A DNA stretch of 64,000 bases from Lepidodermella squamata (lineage: Eukaryota > Animalia > Gastrotricha), in NCBI GenBank assembly GCA_047495785.1, contig JBLDXI010000042.1, positions 620,001 through 684,000 of the forward strand. The letters are read 5' to 3'. The notes beneath the pieces are model-generated. The model saw only the letters and a program-made list of their open reading frames with translations. It ran no database searches and was not told the origin of the DNA. Positions within the stretch are counted from its first letter, which is position 1; every line of letters begins with the position of its first letter. Below are positions 13,501-26,949 of the stretch, in pieces. A program made the position numbers and the translations under genes.

Positions 13501-14086
13501 ACAGTTGCCGAGGCCGGGATTGCATCGTGGGGTCAAGGCGCCGTATTTATAACACATTTTAGCATTCTGTTCCCGAGTGGAAAGAAAGGTACAATAGCGA
13601 GTGACATTGATTTCACGTAGCTCACCCCCGATCGGCACGAGGCAAAGTCAGCGAACAAAGGACCCCACTAAGGAAAAGGAACGAACTTGAAAACTCGAAT
13701 TGAATTTCACGAATAAATTCGAATCACAATTTAAAAAAAATGAGTTCAATTTAATAAAACCAATATGATGATTAATATTGAAATGAGGAATTTTCGGAAT
13801 GGTTGTAAATTTGAGCTCGAAATTTATTGAAAATCTTACATTTAATTTCCTGCGTAAAAAAACCGTGAATTTCGACAGGAATCAAACAACCCTTTCTTTT
13901 AAATATATTTAATAAAATTCCTAGAAATACCTGATACTCGGTGATAGGATCGCAGGTGGGGTTGTTATCCCGGCATGAAGTAAAAGCGTTGTTTGTCACC
14001 TGGAAGCATCGCTTGAAGTTCTGGCATGATGCCTGACCGTTTAAATTGAACGAAATCACGAGAAATAGTGAAATAAAGTTTCTCAT
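10565..14086 (-). CDS. Family copy 2: 14-exon secreted protein with six Cys-rich modules and two LamG/ConA-like domains, apparently intact
   Basis: Signal peptide MRNFISLFLVISFNLNGQASC. Exons match the paralogues with consistent phases. LamG-like motifs include YLPF..DISGNGING, FKGGLACFSL..AMT..QL and WPLVSDLND. The protein ends LCAFYAIPEML, with TGA at 10565-10567. Confidence 0.85.
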
Positions 14087-14171
14087 TGCTGTTTTGAATA
14101 ATTATGAAAATAAACGATTTGAAAAGCAAAAGGTTGAAAATAAGCTAAGAGCACGCGATTTGGCCTGGATC

Positions 14172-14182
14172 GTGGCTCGTGC
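14172..14182 (-). promoter_or_regulatory. Conserved upstream motif GCACGAGCCAC, copy 2
   Basis: Identical 11-mer at an equivalent distance from the ATG as in the other copies. Confidence 0.65.
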
Positions 14183-14641
14183 CGTATTTGGCTTTCAAAA
14201 CATCATATGGTATTAATCATATCATTTCAATTTAATCTGAATCGACCCCAGACTAGATCTTGGTAATAATGCGATTCAGGTTGATCCGTATAGTCAATCA
14301 TTAGCTTTTATTAATTCGGCGTTTTTTCAGAAAATAGACAATGAATAATTGTGGACAAGGGTGCTCCTGATTAAGGCCGGAAATCTCATACGGCAAGGCA
14401 TTTTGGCAATTCCAGCAAATAATTTTTCATTCCTGGCTGCTCCAGGATCCAAGATCCCACACTGCTTATACCCCGTAGGCAATTTTTTAGGCCTTGATTT
14501 TTTCAAGGAATCATTAATTTCAACGCAGTCTCAAAGGAAAAATCAGGATAAACAGCGAAAATCGTCGAGGTCGAGGTTAAACACGTCCGCATTTCGGATC
14601 ATTGGACATGTTTTGCGATTCATTCAAGATTTCAGTGAAGA

Positions 14642-14675
14642 CTAGAAAAGACCGCGGTACACCGCGCGCCTCGTA
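14642..14675 (-). mobile_element. Helitron 3' terminus (degenerate hairpin + CTAG), same family as the terminus at 25206
   Basis: Plus strand a|ctagaaaagaccgcggtacaccgcgcgcctcgta matches a|ctagaaaagacgggcgcgcgtaacgcgcgcctcgta at 25205-25241. Confidence 0.7.
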
Positions 14676-16117
14676 ACATAGCTATGTGCCGCCATGCTTC
14701 CATGTCACGGAACTTTATTATGACGGGGAACTCCCGTTGTCGTGTGGCGTATTACATAATAAAAGTTATAGAAATATTTCATTTAATAGCATGAGCGGCG
14801 TTCTCGTTCTACTTTGGTTCACGACACGTGAGGTTCACCAGTTTCACTAAATCAAATTTTGCGATACACCTTTTCCCATTAGAAATTGCCACGGCACCAA
14901 ATTAATTTGCCGACCTATTTTTAGCTCGCACTTGTTCACGTGAATAATTGCTCGCATTTTTTTCTTCTTCATCGTCGTCGTATTCCACTTCTATGGCAAT
15001 GATGGTAATGAATGTATTTTATGGCTTTTGGCAGTGATCAGAGCCAAAATATACGGCACGCGCCATATTTTCAATACGCTGATGTTGCTAAATTTGATAT
15101 TGCGTTAAATTTGTTTAATATTTGGACCGTAATCTCTAAAGACAGATTTTTATAGGCACTCATGAATATTTGAATTTTGAATTTGAACTTTATTTGATCG
15201 TCCCGAATTTTTATAAATGCTGTGGAAACGCCTTTTCTGAAACTGTTACAAAAATAATTCATGCCTGAAAACACTATCGATGGGCAATCGACTCCATGTA
15301 TAATATTACCGCAGCTCTAAGATTTGGGAGTGTCGAAAATACGCCTTGAAATAATTAATTTCTAAATAGTTATAAAAGTCTGAAGATTAGTTAGTTTTAT
15401 TCATAAGCGATGGAATTCGAAGGAAGAATTGGAAGACTACTAATTTTTTTGTTAGTAATTGTGCCATGCGGTAATTTTTAATGTCATTCTTTTTTCCTCG
15501 CACTTATTATTATAGAATATTTCACTTACCTATGAAAATACATTTCGAATTCAAGGTTCTCTTTTTGAATCAGACGGTATTTATTCCTTAAGAAACACCG
15601 CTATTTAGCATATTAAAGTCAGAAAAATGTCTTTTCGCGAAATTCCGAGAAATTCCGAGCCCTGAATTAGACTGTTACACTACGGTGGTCTTATTGCCGC
15701 TGTCATTGAATATATTGATAGAAAAATCAAATATCTCAAGATAGTCAACACTAGGTTTCACAAAATATAAAAACATCCCTCGGTTGGAAATTGATGGCTT
15801 TCCAAGAAACAACGGAATAATGAAATTCGGGTTTTAGATTCTTGTTTCTTGTAGCCATCATCCAAAAGTAGCACTGTGCAAAAGGAGACATAAATTCGAC
15901 ATAAATTCGACAATTTCACCGAGCGGTGTTATGAGTGGCGCACTGTCCCGGACAAGCGCCTTTTCGTGCTGTGCCTGCGCCTTTTTTCTTACCTTCCAAA
16001 TTGTACATTTTCGTTCGTTTTATCTGGAAAAAAGGACAAAATAAAAAGCTTTTCGTTTCTTTTCGTTCGTGAACATGCAAAGTCAGAATTCCGAAATCAT
16101 CATTATAGCAATGAAAA

Positions 16118-17040
16118 CACTTTACGCGCCGGGGTCCTAGCGAGAAGCCATTCCTGTGTCGCCGGGGTATTTTCGACGTGCCGACCAAAAAATTCGACCT
16201 CCATATTATGATATTTTCTGGCAGAGGACAGAATTCTAGGACCATTGGTCGATGTCCCGAATTTTTTTGACTCATCCATATTACGTAATGTTAAAAAAAC
16301 CATTACGCACATTTCCGCTTATGGCTATTTGCTTCAAACTGTGTTTACGCACCTATGCGTATACGGCGCTAGGTTGAAGACTGTGATTACGCATATTTGC
16401 GTATACAGCGCCACGCCGATGTTGCAGCTAGCAGGTGTGGGGGAAAGCATACTTTTTTTAATTTCACTCATTTCTCTCTACTATTTCGAATAATGTCACG
16501 CTTCAAACAACTTAACGCCATCGCTACTGCAGCTCTTGAACTTAGTTCATCCTCCGAGAATTATGATGAGGAAAGTGATCCTGATTTTGACACTGAGGGA
16601 ATACCCCGACGGCAGCCCCAACGGCGACGAGCGCTTCTGTTGCTTTTGATCAAATTTGTTCGCCTTATTGTTTTCCAATTTTTTTGCTGATCGCAGCTGG
16701 TTTGTAAAAATGTGAATCATCATTGATTTCATATTTTGAAATATGGCGAATCAGATATTCCAGACATAAAATATTCAGCGATAACAGAAAATCGATAACC
16801 GATAATCGATAATCGTTAATCAGTGATTTCTTTTGTGAAAATGCATTTTTTGGTGATTTTGACGACCAATTTGAAAACTAAAGGTGTGTTTGGTCTACTG
16901 TTAACTAATTTTTCAAAGCGATGGGTACGGCAAAAAAAATCGCAAAGAAGCCTCACTCATGGATACGCACATGTGCGTACATGGCTATTCTCTGCAAATT
17001 TTCGTATACGCAAATGTGCGTATATACGGCGCGTAAAGTT
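16118..17040 (+). mobile_element. Non-autonomous TIR element, probably piggyBac-derived
   Basis: TIR ACTTTACGCGCCG (~16119) pairs with CGGCGCGTAAAGT (~17039), followed by TTAA. It carries internal palindromic TACGCA-n3/4-TGCGTA repeats. An acidic ORF stub (MSRFKQLNAIA..SSSENYDEESDPDFD) resembles a piggyBac transposase N-terminus. Confidence 0.6.
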
Positions 17041-19917
17041 TTAAAATTTGTCGGCCAATACGAGTGCGCGTAGAGCCGTAACTTAGGCGGGCCTGAAAAT
17101 GTGCAACAAATACAGGTAAATTCAAGTGAGAGCAAAACAGGTCACAGAATAAATAAAAATGGCTTTTTCAGGAGAAAAAAGGAGTGCTATGTTCGTGTGA
17201 GAAATTTAGTTTTATTGAAAATTATATCGTTTCGGGATTAAATTTTAGATTTGAAGCTCGATACAGAAGTTGAATTGCTGCGTTGCGAAATTATTTATTT
17301 GATGATCCTGTGTAACACATGTTAGCTCATCCGTTCGACATTCACACACGCTTATCACCAACTTCGTACTTCAATCACTTCCACTCACTTTCAATAGATT
17401 ATGAAAATCGTGCAGGTCATTTTCCCGAATGTTCTTCGCGCGAAATAACTGATATGATCATTTTTGAAGCATTTCAGGAATTGTGTAGAAAGCGCAAAGA
17501 AGTTTCCTAAAGGCGAATTTGATAGAGGCTATTGATCCTACCGCATAAGTTGAGGCAAGCTATGCTTCCCATCAACGGCTCGACTGGAGTCGTCCAGGAC
17601 CTGTTGAAACAACAGACGATACAAAAAGGTACTAATATGGTCATCCTATAAACCCTGCCAAGTTGAATGATCCGGCTGTTGTGAATGGATCTAGGGGTGT
17701 AACAGCCTCGGCTGCGGCTCTTGAATCACATTCGAAGGAGATCGTTTTTGGACTATTGTCATTGTTAGAAGTTAAATAACGAATTTTAAGATAATGCCAT
17801 TTGATTCCGCTCGATTCGGCGCAGTGAACTGTTAAATCAGCCGACCCATTTCCATAAGGCCTGAAAATGAAAGTTCGATTAACGTCGGCCGTAAGTCTGA
17901 AACCCGTAGTCGACGCCTCGGGGGCAAATTCCAGTATTGTGCCTTTCTGCTTTGCCGGAGCGGCATAAATTGTCATCGTGAAACCATAGTTTAATAAGAG
18001 ATACGGCATTGAGTAAGTGATCGGATCTGTTATATCAAAATAGAAAGCCGTGTTAGGCAGGCCGAACGGTCCAGTCACACGTTGCAAAGAGGCAATTGAG
18101 GTTGTTACATTAAATTCAGACTGACTGCTGTCGTTCAAATCGGAAACCAAAGGTAAAGTGACAGGCGTGTTTAATTGGTAGTAGAGCAATTCCGGATCGA
18201 TAACCCACTTTGCCCGAACCTGGAGGCATTTCTTCCGAAGTATCCACAACTGGGCGACGGTCATGGCGTGTTTGTGGAGCGAGAAGCATGCCAATCCGCC
18301 TTTGAAGTTTATGTTCCCACCCAAATCGCCCCCGAGCTTTACTCGCGAGCTAACAAGTGGTCTCGAAATGAGCGATTCCTCGTGGATGAAGTTATCATGA
18401 ATGACCAACAGCTTCTGCGTATCGTAGTTGTAAGACATAGCAATGAAGGCCGAAGTCGGGTCAACACTGGACACTGCTCCATCTAGGGAAATGGTGTAGT
18501 TCTGACCTATGACAACAAATTGATGCTTTTTACTACACCTGGGAAGTTAACAATTAAAATATTGCCAGGGGGTAACGCCCAACCGATCCTGTCTCTAATG
18601 GTTCGCAAATTTTCACAATTTAGAGTTCATAAATGGGCTGACTTCTCAGAACCATGCACATTTTGCAAATTTTTGTAAGGGAGAGTGACTCGCTCAAATA
18701 ATTGAATCCAGACAATTTTAATTTAAAACCGTAATTTACAGGCTGGACTAAAATAAACAGCAGGGTCATTTGAAATAATCAAGGGCAGAGCTCCGAATGA
18801 CGTAGCTTGCATGACCACCTACTGGGCAAGTTGTTAAAGCCGGATGGGATGCGATTTATATCAGCAAGTACACTAATCGTCTTTCATCCACCTTAATCCA
18901 CTTGAGCAAAACCTTCACGTTGTAGCCACAGGTGGAAGGTAGTAGCTATAGCGGTTTTTCGCCGGTTAATCGAGGTACTCTTCTGACTAACGACTAACTG
19001 ATTAAGTTCCAAAAAATATAGGGCGAAATCCGTTTGAAAAAATACAGGGCAGTCTATGATTATTTGTAAATCACAATAATTATTTTTTCCACGAAGAAAG
19101 ATAAAATATAAACCCAATAGCTTACTTATGGTTACTCGGAGAAAGTCTGTAGCTTTGTTAATGTCGATGCTAGTAAGGTCCTTCTCGTTGTAGAACTCGA
19201 AAATTCTTTGCATGCCGCTGGAATTCGCCGGAAATAATGGGTAAACGGCGATCGTGAACGATGAATTCTCGACATTTAGCAAGCTACTATCCAAGTGAAC
19301 GGAGGCTTCGGCTGTATCAATAGAGAGCGCTGCGTTGTTAAATAGTGGCTCCGAGTAATCCAAAAATGATCGAGATAGATTCCCGTTCATGCCATTTCCA
19401 CTGATGTCCATCGTATCATTTATGAAAGGCAGGTAAACTGTTTCCATTGGCAGACCGAATGGAGTCTCTGGATGTAAAATTGAAATAATGCCGCTTATTA
19501 GAGAAAGAGTAGGTCGAACTCACGCTTGATTGACTCTAGAAGTTGAGAGAACTTACCCAGCTTTCAGGGCAGTCGTTAGCTACCGGAACGCATTTCGCTG
19601 CCATGATCAAATCATATGTGCACAGCTTGTACTGGAAAACAGAAACAAGCCTTATACCTAGCAATGAAATTTATCGATCGATTTCATTAATTTAGAGATC
19701 TGTGAAGGCAGAGCTTTAGATTTGGTTTGATTTGATTTGATTTACAGGTTAAATCAAAAATGATTTAAGCCTTAAGCGTATGGGCATTATATTTCACCGA
19801 AATAATGGCCTAACCATGATGGTCACTATGGATCCAAATGCGCCAACCAATCATTTCTAATCTAAATCAGAGAAAATAGAGTATTAATCAAATCAAATCA
19901 AATTCAATGGAGAGGTA

Positions 19918-20803
19918 CCGTAATCCGGTACAACTTTGTACACCTACCTCCATGCAAAATTCAATGTGCTGTGTAAATTCAAAAGATGCGATTTTGGTCG
20001 GGTTTTCAACGTAGTTCGATACGTAGCCCGCTGTAACATCCTGATATTATTTATTCTCGGAAATGCGCAAACGCAAGAATTTGGCAAGGGGCACCCCAAA
20101 AATACAACTTTGAACACCAAGACTTCGTGAAATAAAAAATCCACCTTTATTCGTGCGCAGAGAATTTCGCGTGAAATTTGCGATTTTCACCACACTGGTT
20201 TGCTTCATAGAGAACGTATTGCGTGAAAATTGAAAAATAATAAGTTGTCAACATTTTATTATGGACTTTTTACTCGGTATTTGAAATTTATTCGTTGCCA
20301 TTACGAGATAAGAAGTTTTTTTCTGATCACTACGTTCTCTATGGTGCATAGTAGAGTTCAATAAATGCGAACGAAGTCAATAAAAAACTTGAAACCTTCT
20401 CCTTCAAGCTAAAATAATGAATTTCTATCGTGTACCGGTTATACCGGCAACCCTAGCAACTTTGAGCGCATGCCACGCGAAAACCATACTCTATAGAAGA
20501 GCGTGCCTTTTTAGCTACTTTTTCAGAAAAGTACAAGCTTGAATTCGCCAAGTTGGAACGCACGGATGTCTGCTACGGTTATCGCAGGACAACACTTCAA
20601 AGTAGACTAAAACGTTGTTTTTCGAGAATTTGTAAGAAAGAGACTGTAGGGGCTGTGTTGATGAAACATGGCAAAATGTTAGATCTCAACGAGACCTATA
20701 TTCAGTAAAATTCCCAAGCGGTAGATCCCCATGGTTTCAGAGAAAACCTGATTTGCGTGAAATGTTCAAACTTGTACCTGTTCAAACTTGTACCGGATTA
20801 CGG
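19918..20803. mobile_element. MITE with TA target duplication (Tc1/mariner/pogo-type)
   Basis: TA|CCGTAATCCGGTACAA ... TTGTACCGGATTACGG|TA. A lone matching end also occurs at ~61876-61892. Confidence 0.85.
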
Positions 20804-21214
20804 TAAGTCTTCTTATTTCTATTTAATGACTAATGACAAATTTGAGTGCTTTACGATGCTGTTCATCGTGAAGGTAAATTTATTGATTATTCAGCCCTTA
20901 TAATCTTGAATTCGTTTTAGCAATTGCTTCAACAGAAAAGCTCGTTGAAAGAAGTGAACTTAATTTCAACTTAACCTAGCTTAATTTGAATTGATTTGAA
21001 TTAATTTGAAATCTGAACTTAACTAGCTGGCTAATCCCGGTAAAATGCGCCTCAAATCAGTTTTAGGTAAGTTAATTCAGGAATAATTAATTATCACAAA
21101 TGCTTAGAATTTTGCTCCCGTTGAAAATATTGACGTGGCAATATTAGCATATCATTTTAATAGTGCAATAATTCCATAAATCTCGAATTTATTCGAGCAC
21201 TCATTCTGCTTTAA

Positions 21215-24200
21215 CCCTCTAAGTCCGGCTGGTGTATGTGTAAGTCGCTTGGTGTTTTGGAAAGTTGCAAAAAAATGACAAAAATGTGTGTTACTATTGT
21301 AACTTTTAAAAGTGCTTGTGTTAACACAAGTCTTAAAATATTTTCACCAATTTTTTTCATTTTGACCAAAAACGTCGTTTTTACATGTCGAAACACAAGC
21401 GAAACGATGTAAAAAATGTTTATTTGTGGGAACACACCTATGTGGTTTAGCACGTAATTTTTTATTTATTTGGCAATTTTCGAAAACACATGTATGCGAA
21501 TCGCACGCAAATTTTTTAGGTTTTGGATGAAAAGTTCAGTCATTTTGGACCGGTAATTTTGTCAGATCCCGGCATGAGGACCATATTTCCCGAAATTTTC
21601 ACAGCAAAGACCGACGTCGCATTGAGCGCAGTGCCAGGACGCCATGTGCGGTGTGCAGCCAGGCGCCACCTTGCAGTAGACGCACACGCGCGGCTTTGCG
21701 CGTTTGTAACCGCGAGCGTCGACCGACTCATAGAAGCCATTGTGAGCAGGAAAATGGCCGCCTTCTCGCCATTTGCCGCTCGGGACCAGCGGGTCGAGCT
21801 GTTCAGAAAGCTTGCGTTTTCTGCCGACCTTGCGCGTAACATTGCCGGAGGTAGAGGCTTGTATCAACTCGTCGAATAGCCGACGACGGAATAGCAAGCT
21901 AGGATAGTCGGGATCATCTTCCGTGGACTTGAAAGCCAACAGGGCGTTGTTGATTGCTGTTTCGATGCCATAGAAAATCACGAGGCGGTGCCACTTGCGC
22001 CCGGGCAAAGTGCAATCGTACGACTCGCGGAGGCGATCGGCGACATCTACGCCGCGCATGTTCTTCTGATAGTCAGCGACAACGGGGGGACAAGAGTACT
22101 CAGCGACCTTGCCGTTTTTCTGCTTGCGCTTTACCGTGTCGTTACCAGTGCCGCAATGTCGAGTTGAGAGAAAGTTGACGACTTTCGAGTCTTGCCACGA
22201 CTGATAAAGCAAGTCAGCTTGAACTTTGAACTGCGAACTTCCACGCGGTAGCTTTGACGCGGGTTTGATCGGAACGGCCGGATCCAGACCTGTTCGATTG
22301 GCGATAACGGTGCCGGCTGCGTAAGTTTTCTCAGCAAAAAGGCGGTTGTAGAGCGAAACTGAAGAAAACCAATTGTCCATAAAGATAATGCGCCAGCAGC
22401 CCCAGATTGAAGTTGAGAGCTTGAAAACGATCCGCTCAGCGAGACCTGCTTGAGCAGCAACGTCCGAGCCAGCTATTTGAAAATTGAGGGTAGACAAGAG
22501 AACAAAACAAAAAAATCACGTACTTTCATCTCCTTTCCCGCTGTACAGCAGTGCTCGAAAGATATAACCGATAGGTGATAGCGCCAGGGCGAAAATCTTT
22601 AGACCTCGCTTGACGGGTTTCATTGGCATAAATTGTTTGAGGCTGGTGCGCCCTTTGAAGGCGATCATTTGCTCGTCCACAGCAATCTGTCAAGAATAGG
22701 ACAATAAAGATGAGCAAAAAGACAAAAAGACAACAATTTACATCGGGTCCTATCGTGAAATTAGCTTGCCAGCTGTCCTGCAGCTGTTGTAGCATTTCTC
22801 GGACCTTGAAAATCTTGTCGAATTTCGGGTCTGTTCGAGGCAAGGCTTTGGAGTTGTCGGCAGCGTGTAGGTGAGTCAGAATTTCTCTGAACCGATCTCG
22901 ACTCATGATGTTCGCAATCGTCGGCTGAAAGAACAAAGCATCCGAAGATTGCCAGTACTGATGAAGCGCCGGCAAGTTGACAAGACCCATCCCAATGACG
23001 CACGCCAGAAACCCGAAGAACTCCTCCTCGGTGACGTTGATGAATTGCGGCTTCGATGGATCGTAGTTCTGTGCCGCGTACCTATTCGTTTCAGCGACCA
23101 GCAAGCTGACGATCGGGAACATGAGGAGGAAGAAAGGAAGCACTTTCCGATGACTTCTTCTCTTGACCAACTTGTATCGGCTCTCTGATTCGCTTGAGTC
23201 GCCGTCAGAATAAACTGATGATTGCTGTTCGTCTTCTTCCGCTTCATCATCGGCTTCTTCGTCAAGATCTTGGAATTCTTCTTCGGCCTCCTCATGCGCT
23301 TCTTGGACTTCTTCGACGACGTTTCCTGCCTCGCTCGGTTCTTCAACAGCTTGCTCCTCGGTACCATTCTCTTCGCCCCCGTCCGGGCCGGCATTGCCAT
23401 CAGAGCGCGATTTCCCGCCAAGTTTTTTGCGGTTTTTTTCCATGGCTACAAAAAAATTGTGAGCGGTACAACAAATTTGATAAATATTAATTACCTTGCT
23501 CCATTGCGACGAGGTTCTTGATGAAAAGTTCCGATGGACCGCTGACCAACGCGCATTTTTCAACTTGGTGAGACGGTCTCTCCTCGTTCATTTTCCGCCA
23601 TTTCGTCTTCGGCACGACGGAGTCGAGCGTGACGCCAAGCTCTTCATCGTTAGACGACAATTCCGACGAGGTTTCGCCGATCTCCACCAGGTCCTCTTCA
23701 CTGCTACTGTCGTCTTCAAGTGACATTTGATAACGAAGTTAACAATTTTGGGGAACCATAAAATAGATTATTGCAGGTCTTTTATATGGCTGTCTTCTCA
23801 TGTTTCGCAATGCCATGCGAACCCATTGTTTTGCAACAAACACCTTGAAAAGTCCTGTTACATCATACTTGTGTTTCGACTTGTAACAAAACTCTGAAAA
23901 TTTTGATGCAAGTTGACAAAACCTCGATTTTTCGGCCAGGATTAGTTGATAAATCAATGGCACCTTGACAAACCGGCTAGCATTACCGGCGCGCACCCTA
24001 ACTACGCGCTTTTAGCCGATGAAAATCGATATCGAATCGGCGGCAATCAAATTTATCGGAATTGGTACGCCAAAATCACTTGATAACTTTTTGTCAAGTG
24101 AAAAATGGCTGCCACTAGAGTGCGTAAGCACCAGATGTTGCTGACAACATTTTTATAAGCACAGCTGCGCAACTCAATTTAGGGCCTTGAAAACAGTGAT

Positions 24201-24526
24201 TAAAAGATCGTATGTGTTTTCGCATGTAAATTGGTTTCCAAAACACGTTCGTGTGTTCGAATGGCAATCAGAGCGACAAAAAATTGCCCCTCATCATGTG
24301 TGCACACATAATGGCACATGTGTTTCGACGAGTTTAAGAGTCGAGGGACATTTACCTAATTACTGTGTTGCGTAATCGCACGTTGCGGACGCGCCCGCCT
24401 GGGTGCTGCAAGCTCAGGTAAGGGGCTCAACCGTGGTATAAAAATTTTATGCCGAAAATTAATAAGCAATCCACACCTACGCCGAGAAGTTGCAATTGAC
24501 GAAAACCCATAGTCGGACTTAGAGGG
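21215..24526 (-). mobile_element. Full-length piggyBac transposon inside intron 9 of copy 3
   Basis: TTAA|CCCTCTAAGTCCGGCT ... AGTCGGACTTAGAGGG|TTAA (16-bp TIR with 1 mismatch, TTAA TSD) encloses a transposase gene. Confidence 0.95.
21562..23726 (-). CDS. piggyBac transposase, 4 exons, ~669 aa, apparently intact
   Basis: Exons 23726-23495, 23445-22742, 22686-22524 and 22472-21562 join in frame through GT-AG introns. Catalytic motifs are VDEQM, MDNWF and GVDVAD. The C-terminal Cys-rich domain reads CVYC..WHCAQCDVGLC. Confidence 0.9.
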
Positions 24527-26949
24527 TTAAATTTTGACATGATAATAACTACCAGCCCGATTAAAAAAAAATTTTCGGTATTGATAATCATGAGAACAGC
24601 CACCATAATTACCATAAATTACCATAATTGCTCCAAAGGGCCAAAGGCATGATCCGAAGCATGATCCAAATTACCCTAGTAGACCAACGATCCTTTTTCC
24701 ATTCATTACCGGCAACAGCTGCTTTTAAGAAAATAGTTGAGGGTTCTTGAAAAAGTGATCTCGGGCTTGGTTAGATATGGCTAACCACTGAAAACAACGT
24801 CTCCTTAGTAACTAAGAAAAAACGTAGCTACACACTTATGATTCATCGCTAGCTCTTTAACAAGATAAGTGCCCGACCCACAGCCCCGATCCCGTGCACT
24901 AATCTAATAGGGAGCACTGTACATTTTTACTATGATTGAAAATTGAAAGATGAAAACAAATACCGTGAATTCCGTGGCTTCCAACTTGCAAGCGTCGTGA
25001 TTTACTTTGAACGACGTCGAGTTGCCGTAGACTCTAACCTAGTTTCATTAAATCATTCTAGATAAAGTCTAACATGATGTTTGGATTACTAGCTTACCCG
25101 AGTCCCATTCGGAAAAGCTCCATAACAATGCTTGCTATTGTTTGTGGAACATTGAACGGCTCTCTATTGGGAGAATAACATCATCAGAAGCTAAAATTAG
25201 ATATACTAGAAAAGACGGGCGCGCGTAACGCGCGCCTCGTATGTCACTAATTGGCGTATACTTGTTATTTCCAAATTAAGCAGATTAAAGCGGAAGAAGG
25301 GTGTTGAAAAACTTTTTTTATTTACAAAAAACTTCACGGTACACAATGTTCCGAGTAATCGGCAATTCAGTCGCTGGCCACTTCTTCACATAGCAGTAGA
25401 GATTTCGCGGGTCGGTGACGCGAGATAAGGCAAAGTACAACTGTCCGTGGGAGAAAACCTCACTGCGATGCAGAGAAAGACCAACGAACTGAAAAGTTTG
25501 TCCCTGACTTTTGTTAATTGAGCAGCAGAAAGCTAACCGCACCGGAAACTGGCGGCGGCGAATAGCGATCGGCACTCCCTCTTGGTCTGAGATCAAAGGA
25601 ATTCTCGGAATTTGAGCCAAATTGCCAGCGCAGGCCCCAGTCAATATGCGAGCTTCCAAGACGTTCTGTCGCATGCGGGTAATAGTCAGCCGCGTGCCAT
25701 TACAAAGGCCGGATGAGGGGTCCAGGTTGCGCAGCAACATGATGGGCGCGCCGATCTTTAAAGTCAGCCGATGAGGAGGAAGACTGGGCGGGGTGAAACT
25801 GTTGAGAACTTCTGTGGGATAGAAAGGCTTGAGATTCGGGTTCTCGACGGAATCGCAACTCAGGAAGACCTGTTCTTGTTCGGGGACGGAGCGCAATATC
25901 TGGAAAAAAAAACAATATTGGTAATGGCAACAACAGACCGCCGACAAATTCCTATCTCAGCGTTAAGGGCATCCACCTCGTCGTTACGTGCGACAAGGAT
26001 ACATCGTTCCGACAAATATTGAGGTCCGCGATAGCCGCTTTTTACGTCACCATAAACGGAGTTTATCAGGTCGGAAAGCCTTTCGACACAATTAATCGGT
26101 TCCGGGAGGGAAATCGTTTCAAGATGAAGTGGATCGGGTCCTTTAGCGACACCGTCCCCAACCGACAATAGCCAAGGTGCGAAAGAGGAAACCGCAGGGT
26201 CGGTAACGACGCGCATGTTTTGACTCAGAGTGAGCTGTTTCACGCGATGCCAGAAAACCGATCGGGTTAAACACTGCTCAACGATTTTATGACGACCGCC
26301 TTTAGGTACGGAGATTAAGGGAAAAGCCGACAATGCGCCAGAATGCTTCAGACGTGGAGACGTAACGCGCATCGCGAAACTGCTTGATTTCATCCACGGG
26401 TTTGCTTGGGTCGTAAACAGCCACCAGGGCGCGGTCGTGGCCTTTGTACACGTATTTATACAAATTCTTCACAGCCCGGATGCCACTACACACCTCCACG
26501 TTAATGTGGCAGTCGTACTTCAGTAGAAGGAAAGAGTTATACGGAACGACCCATCGATTGTCGACTAATGCACCATGACTTTCGGCAACATTGCCGTCGT
26601 CTCGACATTTGTAAGATGGATAACCGTCCTTGCTGCAAGTTGTTTCTTCCGCAAACGGCTTGGGGAAATTTTTTGTACATTTCCCATTGTCGAGACACCG
26701 GGCGTCACAGGGTCCATGAATCATACAGCGTGTGACGATAGCATGGAGACGCGGATGTGTAGTTTTGTTCGGAATCTCTGCGGATATGACTTTGTCGAAT
26801 TCTTCGGGCGACAACGGGTTATCTTCTTTCGCCATTATCAGCAAGAGGTGACAGTGTGGCAAACCGCGTTTCTGAGAAATCCGAATATAAATTCAAGTTA
26901 TAAAGATAACAAAATACAAAACATACCTGGAATTCAATAATAGTATATA

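Larger units (their letters stand above)
17468..25165 (-). pseudogene. Family copy 3: 5'-truncated pseudogene closely related to copy 2
   Basis: Exons 8-9 (~25165-24964), 10 (~19632-19557), 12 (~19467-19126), 13 (~18505-17654) and 14 are present. Exons 1-7 are absent. Micro-exon 11 is deleted (compare 19520-19540 with 12262-12350). A 1-nt insertion creates TAG in the last exon (~17508). Confidence 0.85.

Noticed and set aside
16300-17030. Spaced palindromic repeats resembling a CRISPR array
   Set aside because: Few, degenerate and irregularly spaced, inside a TIR element in eukaryotic DNA, with no cas genes.
22761-23723. Multiple overlapping ORFs on both strands
   Set aside because: Shadow frames of the GC-rich piggyBac transposase.
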